Origin: Takakia lepidozioides
Lineage: Eukaryota; Plantae; Bryophyta
DNA: 64,000 nt
NCBI GenBank assembly: GCA_030704615.1
Contig: CM060732.1
Coordinates: 69,130,001 to 69,194,000, forward strand
Direction of reading: 5' to 3'
Positions within the stretch are counted from its first letter, which is position 1, and each line of letters opens with the position of its first letter. This document shows positions 25,801-38,965 of this stretch, piece after piece. The notes below the pieces were generated by a model. It was given only the letters and a program-made list of their open reading frames with translations. It was not told where the DNA came from and did no database searches. The position numbers and the translations under genes were made by a program.

Positions 25801-26664
25801 TTTAAGAGAATATAATAGAAACAATGAAATTCTTCTTTAATTTTTTATTTTTTTTGAACACATAGAGCGACAGCTCACAAATTAGTCCTTTTTTTCAATA
25901 GTTAGAAATCATCATAAGGAGAAAATCATGATCCAACTACAGTGCACCTGGTTTATATCAGTGTTGGGCAAGTACACAGGTCAGAGCTGGATATGTACCT
26001 GGGCGGATATAGAGTGATCCGGATATCAAAATCCGGATACTAGTGTATCCGGATCCGGCAGCTATTTCATATCCGGCTATTATTTATATCCGGCGGATAC
26101 ATAAAAACAGAGGATCCGGATAAGATCCTACCCGCCGGATATAAAAAGGATTAATAACCGGATTGTATCTGGATATATAGCAAAAATACCGGATCTCCAC
26201 CGGATATAAGAAATATTAATAAAAAGTAAAATAATAATAAGACAATAATTATTTTATTAGAATTCTAATTATTTAAATTGATTAAATAAAAACATTTTAA
26301 AATATTATTTTTATGATTCATATATCCGGATTACTCTATAACCACCGGATATTATAATCTGAATATCCGGACTTATTTATATCTGGCAGATTTTTAAGAA
26401 CTTCTACTATGCATAACTGGCGGATATTAGACATGTAGATTATTCTAATATCCGGATCCGCAGGATATATCATTCTCTAATTTGTCAAGTATCCGGACCG
26501 TGCGGATATTTAAAAAGCTAAGAACCGCCCAGCACTCGTATGCACCAGGGTATGTCCAACCCTGACCGGGGGGCCATCCCTACGTTTTACCTGCCCAAGA
26601 CTTGCCTAGGTGGGTTTGGCTCTCCTTGGGGCCCGCCCCAAGACCTGTATAGGCCGGTTATTGC

Positions 26665-27362
26665 CAGTGTTGTACTGGTATGTGCCAGTAGGCAGGGATA
26701 TGTGCCCTAGTATAAGTAAGGGTATTGTAGAACATACCAGTTGGGTATGTCTTGGGGCATATACCCCTTCTATACCATGGACCCGGATTTTGAGCACTGG
26801 ACCTACCCCCCTACCTACCATACCAGTCTAAGTATGAACTACTTTCATACTCCGCTTGAGACCTGTATTGAGGATTGATGAACCCAAGCTATCATGGGTA
26901 TGTGTAATGATACAATAGGGGTAGAAGGTATGGCGTACAATGATCAGCATACAAGGTACAATATGTAAGATTTCTTCAGTTTTTATCATGGCATGGAGCT
27001 TTCTCCCATTTGTTACAGCCTTACAATACAAAGACCTTCACTAAGTTATGAGCAATACAAATTAGTTTGCATGGGCATGTGTGATTGCAATTTTTTTTTA
27101 TCTTTTGTATGTTGCCCTTAATCTGGTTTTAATTTTAGCTTTGAATACAGTATGATGATTGTTAGGGCTCCCCCCATATGTCATTTGAGTTTTTGCCATA
27201 CCCATGCCTGGGAGGGTATCTCAAAATTGGAAATACCCATACCCATCCTATAACCTAGCGAGTCCTAATCTACCCCGGGCCCTACCAATTGGACCCAAGA
27301 GCCAAGTTGGACCTACCAGGACCAGTCTAGTATGTCAAAATGGACATACCAGTACAACATAG
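26665..27362. mobile_element. hAT MITE nested in the 25959-28608 element
   Basis: TIR cagtgttgtactggtatg / cataccagtacaacatag; perfect 8-bp TSD gttattgc. A related end fragment lies at ~25067-25110. Confidence 0.9.
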
Positions 27363-27400
27363 GTTATTGCTCTAGGAGGCCCACCAAAACCCCTGCGTAG

Positions 27401-27664
27401 CAGCCATTCTTTTAGTGGCGAATAATCGCCAGATTTTGACCTCAAAAAGTAAAATCGAATATTCTGTCGCAAATCCACTGTTTTTTCATGGATGAAATCG
27501 CCAAATTTCTCCAAATAAAAAATAAATTATGGATGAATTCGCCAAATATGGATGATGGCACATAGCTGGATGAATTACAGTGGATGAACAGAATAAATGG
27601 CTATTTCCTGCAAAACTCAGTAGCCACTCGTGCTGTTTTCCAAATTACTTTACAAAAAACACTG
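27401..27664. mobile_element. hAT MITE family A (~265 bp)
   Basis: Perfect TSD ctgcgtag; ends aaaaacactg; homologous to 28632-28874 and 62517-62789. Confidence 0.85.
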
Positions 27665-27706
27665 CTGCGTAGGCGGGTTAGAGGCATGTGAAGAGATGGT
27701 CGCAGG

Positions 27707-27978
27707 CAGTGTTTTTCTTTCTGGCAAAAAATCGCCAGATTTCGACCTGGAAACCCGCTACTTGTATAAAGGAATTATGGGGTTTGAAATCAAGATTTTT
27801 GCCAAAAAGCACCTGGAGATAAATTTCAGGAGCCCAATCTTGCCGACGTGGACCAATGAAAATGTGACATCTGGAATATAGCCACTTTTCTAACTTTGTC
27901 ACCTCGATATTCTTGCCACATGGGCACTGGGTGGAATTCACAGGTGGCGATTTTGGAAATATGAAAAAAAAAACATTG
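27707..27978. mobile_element. hAT MITE family B (~270-295 bp)
   Basis: cagtgtttttctttctggc ... aaaaaacattg; degenerate TSD gtcgcagg/gacccagg; homologous to 53322-53615. Confidence 0.8.
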
Positions 27979-28025
27979 GACCCAGGTTGGTGATGACTAG
28001 TGATAGTTAATGAAATAGCACATCG

Positions 28026-28240
28026 GCTGGTAGCTCAGCTGGTAAGTGAACAGTGTGTCGCCCTGGTGGTTCAGGGTTCGAACCGTTGCCCTGTGCGGTG
28101 TGTGGATTGTTCGTGACCGGTTGGTCTGGTGGTGATGTTTCCCACCTATGTGCCTAATGGCTTATCTGAAAGGGGGTTAATTTTTCCCCCTCCTCAAGGG
28201 CCTGAATTGTGAGCAGTCGCTCCCAGGTTTCCTTTTTTTA
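28026..28240 (+). mobile_element. tRNA-derived SINE
   Basis: A box tagctcagctgg and B box ggttcgaacc; its 3' part (aagggcctgaattgtgagcagtcgctcccagg) is shared with the copies at 29853 and 63200. Confidence 0.75.
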
Positions 28241-28631
28241 AAAACAAATTTAAATATATATATATAGGGAGGGGGAGATCATGACTCATGTACTTGAGCA
28301 ATTGATGATTTTCAATGAATGAGGGTGGCCCAAATCTTTCTAGAGAAGTTGGAGTCATATAAAAATATATATATTTTAAATACAGTTCATGACCTGCCCT
28401 TGCACATGACCAATGGGCTTATGTAACAACAAACCCTTTATATCCATGATCGGCAACGAAAAAATGAGCATAGATTACGCATATCCGCCGGACAACAAAA
28501 ATCTTAAAATCCTCACAAGCGCGGGCCCGGCGGGCTTCTAATGGGTTTTCATATTGAGAAGTCCGGACCCGTAGGTCATGTTCTTAGTGACATACCCGCC
28601 CAACACTGGTTTCTATTGTGGCACACCTGTT

Positions 28632-28874
28632 CTAACGTTTTTTTTGTTGGCGAATTTTCGCCAAATTTCGACCTTTAAAAAAAAAGGAATATTCTGTTGT
28701 AAATTCCCTATTTTTTCGTTGATGAAATCACCAAACTTCTCCAAGTAAAAAATAATTTATGGATGAATTTACCAAATATGGATGATATAAATGCGGAAGT
28801 GGATGATTCTGTCTTAATTGAACAGAATGTATGGCTATTCTTCTGCAAAACTCTGTAGCCACTAAAAAAACAGT
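28632..28874. mobile_element. hAT MITE family A, degenerate copy
   Basis: ggcgaattttcgccaaatttcgacct..ggatgaatttaccaaatatggatga shared with the copies at 27401 and 62517. Confidence 0.7.
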
Positions 28875-29279
28875 GACTTGCTCATTGGAGCTTGGGGTTA
28901 GTAGTTACTACCATCGGTCATCTGCCTTATCTTTTGGTAGTTGGAATAATTTTCAATAACCCTCAGTTACTTGGAGTAATTTGAATCCATAATTAGTATT
29001 TTTGGTATTTGTTTTTAAAATTAAAAGGGGAAGAAGCCCTGTAATGGTACTTGTAACCATTCTAGGATAAAAAACATGTTACATAAAATAACATGCTGAA
29101 TAACATGTTGATGGGAAAATCTGGAGGCCGTGCCAGGTTTGGTCATGCCTGAGAGCTCTCACTCTTTGGCACATCTGGAAAAGTAGGTGTGCTAATTGGT
29201 ATGACGATGCTTTTCTTTCTATTTCTTTTGTTCTTCGGAGTATCTTCTTTGATTTGTTAATAGAAGGAAGGAAGGCTTG

Positions 29280-29797
29280 GGGTGTTCTGATATCAGCTTT
29301 ATGCAGATGTTCTCAAGAGAAGCAGCTCCAACTTCTTCGCATTTTCGACTCCACGTGGGCTGCAGGGGACATCATCTGCCGGAGGACAGGGAATTCTTGC
29401 ATCTTCAAGCCTCCCTTCTCCCACTGTTGCTGAGCTACCTACCTGGCCCTACCCAATCAATGGGGATGAAGACATCAATTGGAAGCATCGCAAAAATAGA
29501 AATTCTAAGATCAAGGCTCACCTTAATTTTGAGCCTTTGCGTAGGAAAAAGTAGAGCTTGGCTGAGTTTATCAGCGCTTGGCCTGCTTAGGTGTAGATGC
29601 TCTGGCTAGCTTCTGCATGTTTAGGCCTTCGACCTAGACTGATGTTTCGGTGAACCAGTACTGTTTCTAGCCGCCCGTTGTGGCTGCTCTGGGACGATTG
29701 TAATGCCTTATGGCCCTATCGAGGTTATTTTTTCCTCGCTTCTTTAATTTGAGTAAGGGGGCCTCTGTCCCCTTATTTTAAAAAAAGAAAAAAAAGA
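29280..29797 (+). mobile_element. Probable LINE 3' end with A-rich tail
   Basis: gccttatggccc..gaggttattttttcctcgcttc..tgtccccttattt followed by an A-rich tract. Related ends in reverse orientation at ~23200-23280 and ~23530-23600. Confidence 0.45.
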
Positions 29798-29852
29798 TAG
29801 ACTACCATTGGAAAACTCTTTCAAAAAATATTTCACACTCTGCAGGGGTCAC

Positions 29853-30075
29853 TAACAGTCAGTAGCTCAGTTGGTAAAGTGTACTGAGTGCCATCCGGGT
29901 GATCCTGGGGACAAATCCTGCTACTTGACGGGTGTGGTATGCTCCTCTCCCCGTCTCTGCTCAGTGTCCGAAAGCCTTATGGCGAGGTTACTGAGAGGTT
30001 ATTTTCTATCAAGGGGCCTGATTTGTGAGCTGTCGCTCCCAGGTGTTTCCCTTTATTAATTTTATTTTTTTTTTT
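29853..30075 (+). mobile_element. tRNA-derived SINE
   Basis: taacagtcagtagctcagttggt..gatcctggggacaaatcc; clearly homologous to 63200-63390. Confidence 0.8.
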
Positions 30076-31924
30076 AAAAGGGGGGGCCTGAAAGGATCTA
30101 CTGCTCAAGGGTCAAATCTCCGTGCAGAAAAGCTGCCAAGCATTTCTGATCCTCGTAATGAAAGACTCACAGAGCAGAGTGGGATTTTCCCCAGATCCCA
30201 TGGAGAGAGAAAATAATCCACAGGAGGCCAAAGGACACATAAGAGATCTCAATGAGAGTTCCAAAACAAGTAATGACCTAAGTTAACAGAGTTCAGTGGT
30301 TGCCTACATAACACTGCTTGCAAGTCTTAACAAGTTCGTGTGTTACTGGTTCTATCCTCTATTTCTCTCCCTCTTTTTAATGAGCGGTAAAAGCCACATC
30401 CCATTTGAAGAGGGTTACAGCCAAGGTAAGTCAGTATGCTCCCTCTCTATTAATTGAGTTGGAAAGGGTCCCTTGTTCAAACCTTGCTAGGAATCCTCCT
30501 CCTGTATCACTTTTGAGAAAAACCACAAGAAGCCCAAGCTTCCAGAACATACTTGCAGCTAAACAGGCTGAAGGAGGTCCTTGACATGCCCAAATGAGAA
30601 GCCCTTGGAGAACAAGAAGCAAATCTCAGAATGACTATAAGAGCTACAGCCTATATGAGTCATACAACTCTTAATGTACGTGCCCCATCATTATGTACAT
30701 AGATAGAACAATTTTCAAGAGAGTTCATTTACGTGGGATATTGCAGTATAAAACAAGGGGTGACATATACTTAGGCCCTGTCATTTACATAGATAAAACA
30801 TAAATTGACAATTTCTATATTACAGCTGACTGGTTTAAGATTTATAAGATTGTGAATGATGGGATATTCGTTATTTATAATGATGATTTTCTATAAATCT
30901 ATGAAATCGTTGGTCAAAATTGTGACCTAATCCATGGATTTACATCCATCCATAATTAATGTGGGATCCATTGGAGATTCATTTACAAAGTTCATCTCTT
31001 TAGTATCCACATTCATCCATATATGGAACACACAAAGAACGTAAAGCGTACAAACAACCTGTGCCCAGCTGGGACCACTCAAGTTTCATCCCTTAGTCCC
31101 TGCAAGGCAGGGCCAACAAAGGTTACACTCACACACTCGCGCTATGTACGTGGGTGGACGTTAAACCAACTTTAACATTGACTGCATGGGAACCGGCTGC
31201 TACGTGTGGTGCAAGGGAAGTAGGCGGTATGTAGCCGGTGGTAAGGCAGCGCTAGTAGGTGGCAGAGCGGATACGAGGGCCCGGCCTGCCGTTGGGATGC
31301 GCTGCTCTGTTTTCACGCAGGCCACCAGCGGTTGTCAGTCCTGCGTCTTTAGGACTGAAGGTTTGCATCACTTTAGTTTGTGGAAAGTGCAACTCCCTTG
31401 CGCTGTGGAATTCTCGAGGCCATCCATTTGCAGTGAGCGAGGATTTCAAGTTCCAGAGGGTTTTGCTGCCAAATGCCGCACCTTTAACAAATTCACATCC
31501 GGTTTGTGTCTCCTCTTTCTCTCTCATTCTCCCGTCGATTTCTTTATTCGCTTTATCACTCTTGGCCTCTCTCTCTCTCTCTGACTGCGTCTCCCTCTGA
31601 TTTTAAACTCTATTTTTTGTCCTGCGAGGTGTTTCTATGTCGGAGTCACGTAGAATGGGATATACTGTTTTGAACCAAATGCCATCTTTCCTTCAGATCT
31701 CTTTTCTGTTTCGCTCTCTGTTTCGGCCTCTATGCAATCCTAGTTAAAACCAAGTTTTACTTGCCGTTGGTGCTGTCTCAGCAGACATTATGACAATCCT
31801 CGGTTCGTCCAGCACTCCCAAAGAACGATTGACGAATCATCATTCGAAAATTATATTGGAAACTTGTCAGAAGATGGCAGAGTGATCTTCTATCCTATGA
31901 CAATTTCGAGAGTATCACGCTACA

Positions 31925-34900
31925 ATGGCATCAACGGAGCGTGACAATGTCGCATTGAGCGAACCTAGAGGGTGCTTGCAGCATGCAAAGAGATATGGCA
32001 GCAGGAAGGCTTCTGGTTCCCTGTTTCCCAGATATCCATGTTTCCTCAGAACTGTGGCAGAATACAGTTCGCGTTCCATGTTGGTAAGTTTTTCCAACAT
32101 AAGCTGCTTACTTCTTTCCCAAGGTTTCACTGACGGTATGTGTGTCTGATATACTGCAGAATATCGTTTCAAACTGTAGGGCCTTAATCAGTGTGCATTT
32201 GCATTTTTAAAGGAAGGTTTACTTCTTTCACAGGTGATGCATGAGGGTCAATTATTAAACGGGCGAGAAATTTGGATCGGTAGTTGTAGATTAGGCTAGT
32301 ATTAGAGTCATAATTGTGGCCTAAGAAAGCAAGTTGCTGTCCCACATATTGTATACTATCTCAGCTAATCCAAGTACCAAGTATCTCAAAGGTGTAGTTT
32401 CGAATTTTATCCAGCAAGTGAGGCTTCATCCTTGTTGAAATGTCCATCTAAGAGTTTCAATAGAGCAGAGAGAAACAGAGAGAACTCTGCAATCCCCCGG
32501 GATGATCTACTTCCAGGATTTTTTCATGGCTAGAATTTGCTCTTAACTTTGGACCGTCCACGCTTTTACTTTTGCATGTATATGCAAAGTCTAAAACATC
32601 TATGTTCTTTATGTCTAGGCCAGAGGACGATACACTCTGTGACCCCTTTCATCGGAGTTATGTTTCTGATTGTCAGGTTTAAACCAGATTATCTGCTAGG
32701 AATTGCATACAAGACCACATTAGTCCTGGAGATGATTAGCTGAGGCATGATTAATGATGAGAGCTACTTCCAGAGCAGAAAGAACTTTCCCAAGTTTTCA
32801 CATGGTTTTTTCTTAGCATGAAGCTATAACTGGGCCATTTGCATTAGTAACCTACTCAGCAGAGGCAAACCAGATACTAAACAGGAACATTGTGACTGTC
32901 AATGTTCACAAGTTATTAGCATGCTGGGGGATCACAGATTGTCATGGTCCTCCCTTTTTGAGCCTGATTGTCTACTTATTTCTCAGCATATTCCACGGGC
33001 ATTCGCGGAGCACTATAGGGATGCGTTTCAAGGAAGTGTTGCCTTGGAGGGCCCCAGTGGTCACGTATGGCATGTGATTGTTTCGGGTAGACAGGGTACA
33101 GTTGGCTTCAGGCGCGGGTGGAGAGCATTTGCGGTTGACCATTGCTTGAAGAAGGGTGACCACCTTGTCTTCAATCTGGTTGCAAACTCACGCTTTGCAG
33201 TCCAGGTTTTTACTAATGCTGGGTTAGCAACTCCTCTCCTTGCAGCCAACACAGAAACTTATGCTGAAAAGAAAAATGTACAGAAGGTTGAGTCAAAGAA
33301 GAGAGAGAAATGTGAAAACAATACCCTGAAGTTAGTAGAAGTGGAGGTGAGACCTTCGTTTGTCTTACAGAGCCTTGAAGGCAATGCCACATTAGGGAGG
33401 GGCAAAGCAGGAGCTGGGAGGTCCAAGGGAGGGGACTCAGGAACACAGAAGTCAGGCCCCGGTGTTGAGAGGAGTTTAGACAGCAACAATGAACAGAAGA
33501 GAAAGAAGGCCCGAACTGGAAATCATGATGGACACGGCCAGAGGACGGAACTGGAAATCATGATGGAATGGCCAGAGGACCCAGCTAGGGACCGAAAAGC
33601 CAGAAGACAGCCCGTACTGACCCATAGAAACAGAGTCACAAAATGCTACGGTTGGAGCCACAAGAAAGGTAAACAACACGGCACTAAAATGCAAGCATTG
33701 CAACTTCACAAGGCAAAAACATCACAAGAGACTGAGCCTGGCTCACATTCAACTACTTACACCTCCCGAAGACGCTCTGTCACAGAAGCTGAGAAGGAGA
33801 AGGCTATGGAGGCCGCATGTGCACTTGTGCTTAATAATCCAAGTGTTTTTGTGGTGATGAAGAATTCCCACGTTTACCGCGGGTTTTGGTTGGTGAGTTT
33901 CTCGTCTAACTCCTTGTCTCTGTCTACAGTTCATGTGTGGGGTAGGTCATGCATTTGTGACTCAACATCATGACTACCAGCTTCAATGTCGGTAGAGGCA
34001 GAGTTCCCATGGGACCTAAACGCGCTTGGAGCTGGTCATGGAATCTCACCCCCCACCAGAGAGGAAATTAAGCCTGAAAGTATCATGGTAGCACCTATAC
34101 TGATGACATCACACTATCTGACATACTCCTACATATAGGGTAGGTGTATATTGGGAGAGAGAGAGTGTGTGTGTCTGTGTTCTGCAAGAGCGACACCTAA
34201 AATTCACTAAATTTGGCATTACTATGCATTTAATGTGGTGGATCTGGGAGTGCGTGTGTTGCAGAATATTCCTAAACAGTATTCAAGATTGTGCTTGCCA
34301 AAACAAAAGATGAAAATGACTCTTCAAGACACATCGGGGGAGCAGTGGCCTGCCATCTGGATAGCGTGTGATGTACATCAGGGCATCAGTGGAGGGTGGC
34401 GGGCTTTTTCGCTTGATCATTGCCTAGAAGAAGGGGATGTCTGTGTGTTTGAGTTGATAGATACCAAAAAGCTGACAATGCTTGTTCACATTTTCCGGGT
34501 GGTAGATGTGGAAGTTACTGCGCCTAGGGGTGAGTGGCATCACCATTACAAAGTGGTGTGTTGCAATAAAGAACTTGATAAAGACCACGTATTCTACAGA
34601 AGGAAACTGGTTCCGCTTACAGGACGCAGTCGCTTGGATAAGAAATTGGCAACCAAACCATCTGGGAAACCACGTTTGACAGCGTCCACTAAAGCTCTTT
34701 ACTCAGCAGTTAAGCAGACATTGGCGGCTAAGTGTAAAAAGAAGGTTGCCAGTACAAGGGTGACCAAGAATGAAGCAAGGCATGAAGTGCCCCCCGTGGA
34801 AATGTGTTGGGAGAGTGAACCCCAAGATGATGGGGCCATTGATGTTGACGGAATTGATTTGAAGCCCAAAATCAAGTCTCTATTTGCAAGCAAGGAATCA

Positions 34901-35323
34901 CTGCCCTGCCCAGTCAAGCCTGAAACAGAAACTTCTGAAGATTTTGAGCAGAAGCCTAGTATGGGACAACTGGTCATTTCACTGCAGAAAGAGAATCACC
35001 AACGAAATATGCAAGATATGGGAATGGATACCTTCCAGTTTTCTGAGGAGAAGCCAAAGCTGCTGGTCGCAGAAACACCTTCCAACATGAACCTCCAAGA
35101 AGCATTCACAGCAGGCAACAAGCAAGGAGAGAAGGAGATGTTTAGAGTAGTTCGTCTGCTGGGGAGACGGATGACAGAAGGAGGACCTGAGTTTAAGGTG
35201 GCCCTGGAGGGGCTGGTGATACAGAGAGATGGACCCAATGGGGCAACCCAAGATGAAGATGGCGACTGGTGGGTTCCTTATAATCAGTTTACCTTGGATT
35301 TTTCGAGCTGCTTTATCAATTAA
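31925..35323 (+). CDS. REM/VRN1-like protein with two B3 domains and a C-terminal chromodomain-like segment (~707 aa)
   Basis: Exons 31925-32083, 32987-33892 and 34265-35323, all phase 0 with GT-AG ends. B3 motifs HIPRAF..GPSGHVWHV..GWRAFAVDHCLKKGDHLVF and NIPKQY..GEQW..GWRAFSLDHCLEEGDVCVFEL. CT-rich 5' UTR at ~31510-31600. Confidence 0.9.
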
Positions 35324-35427
35324 GCACGACTGGACCTGTGCAAGGATGTATGGGTTCCAATCAGTTTACTTTGGACTTTTCGAGCTGCTTGATTAATTAA
35401 GCACGACTTGACCTGGGCAAGGATGTA
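35272..35427 (+). repeat. ~78-bp tandem duplication spanning the B3 gene stop codon
   Basis: gggttcc..aatcagttta..ttgga..tttcgagctgct..aattaagcacgact..acctg..caaggatgta occurs twice. Confidence 0.85.
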
Positions 35428-35848
35428 CCTTTTTGTGCAATGGTATGTGCTTGTCTGGAGAGCCTGAAAGATTTTTGACAGAAAGTACCTGAACGGTTCC
35501 ACTGCCACAGTTTCCAGAAGCACCATTCATACTTGGTATAACCTTGTAATAGAAAGGTAACTTCGGGCTGACATGATGCCGGACCTAGATACCTTACTGC
35601 ATCACTCCTCTAAACTCATTTTGAGAGGAGAGAGAGATATTGGCAATGGATTCTTCCCAACTATTTTTGTTCAATAGAAATGGGACATATCATCTCGAGA
35701 CAACGAGAAAGGTTTACACAAAACAGAACAGTCTCTACCGGGATTGAGTGATGATGAATTGCTTCAAACACTGACAAAGGGAACATCTGTTGGCCTCCAG
35801 ACACCGGTCATCTCCGAGCGACTAAAATGAAGCACCAAATGAGTCTTT

Positions 35849-36320
35849 GCCAGAATCATGCAAACCAGCATGAGATCTTTCACCAGGCAAGTCCATCCCA
35901 TCCTTTGTTGGGTTGCCATGCCTCTAGCTGGTGCTGCCTCTGAATCCATTTCCTTTCAGCACAAGATCATGCCTATGCACAGCAATGGATTGTCTCTGAC
36001 AACTGGATTCCCTGGCCTCCATAGCCAAGACCAACCAAAGAACCAGATTCAGACAAGGATGTAAGCTTAAAAGATGGATTCATTTTGTTGCCAGAATCAT
36101 GCAAACCAGCATGGGATCTTTTATCAGGCAAGTCCATCCCATCCTTTGTTGGGTTGCCATGCCTCTAGCTGGTGCTGCCTCTGAATCCATTTTCTTTCAG
36201 CACAAGATCATGCCTATGCACAGCAATGGATTGTCTCTGACTACTGGATTCCCTTCCATAGCCAAGACCAACCAAAGAACCAGATTCAGACAAGGATGTA
36301 AGCTTAAGAGATTCATTTTG
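35849..36320. repeat. ~241-bp tandem duplication
   Basis: gccagaatcatgcaaaccagcatg... at 35849 and 36090; this explains the near-identical ORFs at 35858 and 36099. Confidence 0.9.
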
Positions 36321-36619
36321 GACTCTGTCCCTTTGTTCCAGAAAAGAAAACGAGATGAAAGACACTGCTCAATTGGATTCGAACTCCACATTGGGCTTTG
36401 CATTTGCATCTACTGATAGGTCCAATACTTTATTGATGAACGGCGGCTGTCATCAAGGCAACTGAAATGACGTCTGGGAGAAAGTACCCATCGGGGGCTG
36501 CGGGGATACGATGTCTCCCACACTCGCCTATTCACGTCTTGCTCACCCTCACTTCTCGACGACGTCGGGCCGCCAGCCCATCTCAGAGAGCTTCTGTTCC
36601 TACAAAGACAAGGGCCGCC

Positions 36620-37814
36620 ATGGAGGTTCAGCGAGGTAGATTTATACCTGGAGTGTACAAGGGAGAGACAGTCACAGTGCCGCGGAAGGTGCCGAAGGTG
36701 CTCGAGAGAGCACTCGAGAAAGCAGGGAAGGAGGCCAAGGGCAAGCCGTTTGTTGTAAAGAGGGTGAGCCGAGGCATGATGTGCGATCACGTGTGGTGCA
36801 GAGTGGTAAGAACAGCCTGTTTCCTTCGACTAAGAAGAGTTGTAGAAGTGGTTTGTTGTGAGTGTTTTCACTGGTGAATTGACGACACTATTGACGACAC
36901 TGTATCTTGCAGTCTAGAATTTCAGACTAATCATCGTTTCCTTTTTGTCTCAATGGCAGATCTTGAAGCTCCCCTGTATGAAGAAACACACATACCACCG
37001 CAGTACGATCGTAACTTTCGAAAGCCCAAAGGGGGAGGTGTGGAAATTAAGTTTTCAGAGAGATGGCCACACCATTACTAATGGGTGGAGGGAGTTCGCC
37101 TTCGACCTAGACTTGAAGCTGAAAGACTATGTCTTCTTCATTCGTATTGCATGCCTGCATTTCGTGGTAAGAGTATTTGACCAACTTGGGAGGGAAAAAT
37201 CCAATGCGTCTATATCACGCAAGTATCCCTGGGCTTGTAATTATCGACGAAGAGCGCTCATCCTGGCATGCCAAGCCCAAATTATCTCTGAAGATTTCCC
37301 ATCAGCTGGAACGAAGATCAAACTTGAAGGGAAGAGCAAGTGCAATCGTTCGAATTGCAAACGCTCCAATTGTAAGGCGCATGCATCCATGACATCAAGT
37401 GGGGAAAAGTTGAATGCTGTGAGAGTGGACAACAACGTCAGTAGGGACAAAGAGCGTTGCCAGATGGAAGAGACTACAGAGCCTGGAAAGAAGACCAAGC
37501 TTCAAAGGAGGAGCAAAAGCTACAATCGTACAGAGCATGCATCTAAGGTACCAAGTGGGACAAATGCTGTGAGAGTTGAGAACAACGTCGGTAGGCGCGA
37601 ACGATGTCGCCTTCGCCGGATGGAAGAGCGTACCTTCGATCTAGACTACATCGAATGCTCCACTCCGAATGGAGTATACTTACAGATTCTCGACAGTGAC
37701 GACGAGTTAGACATTTCTGGCTCCCCGGTGAAAGAAGAGCCTTTGGTCAGTGCAGGGCTCAAGCTATCCCTTCCTCAAATCGCAACTCCAAGAAAGAGAA
37801 GAAAAAGAGATTGA
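36620..37814 (+). CDS. Divergent single-B3-domain protein
   Basis: Exon ~36620-36805 (donor gtaag) and exon 36960-37814: LKLP..FESPKGEVWKLSF..ITNGWREFAFDLDLKLKDYVFF..FVVRVFD. The 3' end may splice further. Confidence 0.65.
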
Positions 37815-38547
37815 TACGATTTTCTCGAGGATGTGCAACGCTTCTTCTGGTTTTGCAGGGGTAAGGAACGACTGGCATGCTGAAGAGCTATAATTAACTA
37901 GTTCGAATGCAGAGTCTTGTAAATTTCTTCACATGTCGTTTCCTGGCGGAGGCAGCGGTTGCTATTCGGAAAGAGGGAGTGAAGAGTATGCGGAGATTGT
38001 CAATGGATGGGGAGAGGCAGTGTAAGGTCGTAGTGTTGATTGCAAATTCACACGCAGATTTTGAGGGAGACAGATGCTTGTATTGCAAATCCTTACATTA
38101 CAATTGCACATGGCAGTAGCATGAGTGTGAGTCAAAGTTGAGAGAGAGAAAGACAAACGCGGCTGCCAAGTCGCATAACAGGTCAAGCTCGAGGCAAAGT
38201 GATCAGCTTACCTTTCAACTTTCCTTCCACTGTACAAAATAGGAGCATCATTGCAAAGTCTGGACTCTCTTGGTATAGACAGAGATCGGTTTTTACTTCA
38301 ACAGCAGTCACACCGTGCATGCCAAAGCACAGGGTCGACTGCCAAAGCACAGGATCGGAAAGTGAGACAGGGGCCACAGAAGACCTTCTGTAATGAAGAC
38401 CCCGGTGAAGTAGGGGATTGCGAAACATCTGTGCTAAGCACACGTACACCTTCACAAAGACGAAGGCAATCCTAAGCTGCCAAAAATCTCACTGTGGGGT
38501 TGGTCGGGTATTCTTGCATGCCCAGTAAGCAGTAAACAATAACTGAG

Positions 38548-38965
38548 GGAGGAGTTCTTCTCCAATCACTCCCCTGGCGGTGGGACAACAGGTGAGGCTA
38601 CCTTCATTTAGGACTTGCACGAGTTGTCAAATAGGGTCGGATGCCAGCACGAGTGTGGCTGGGATGGCATGTTCAGTCCCTTTATTACTGACGATCACAA
38701 TTTTTGTCGCATGCAAAGAGCAAGAGCGGTTCCTCCTGTTACTATGAGAAATTGAGTTCTTCATGGTTGATCCCTCTTGTTTGAAAACAATCCATGCATG
38801 ATGCTACGGCCACTCAGCTGCCCAGTGGTGGTTTCCCATACTTCAAACACAAGCGCACAAATGAGGCAAGTAGGTTATAGACGGTCTCTTGAACCCTCCT
38901 TGGGTGAAAACACCGATAACTTACCTGCCATGCTGAAAGGTCGAGCACGAATTGGTGATGCACTC
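38548..38965 (+). pseudogene. Decayed PDF-motif exons (OSB-type)
   Basis: ggaggagttcttctcc...tgggacaacagg (EEFFS..WDNR) and aaccctccttgggtgaaaaca..ctgccatgctgaaaggtcgagca (NPPWVKT..AMLKGRA) are homologous to exons 43176-43268 and 42809-42935. Confidence 0.6.

Larger units (their letters stand above)
25959..28608. mobile_element. Non-autonomous hAT element with nested insertions
   Basis: TIRs cagtgttgggcaagta / tacccgcccaacactg; 8-bp TSD gtttatat (25951-25958) / gtttctat (28609-28616); many atccggat subterminal repeats at 26015-26505. Confidence 0.85.

Noticed and set aside
28026-28100. tRNA gene (also 29860 and 63205)
   Set aside because: A and B boxes are present, but there is no convincing cloverleaf or acceptor stem, and the copies share a non-tRNA 3' body. 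They are SINEs.
31186-31600. Overlapping ORFs upstream of the B3 gene
   Set aside because: GC-rich promoter/5' UTR sequence with no protein similarity that I recognise.
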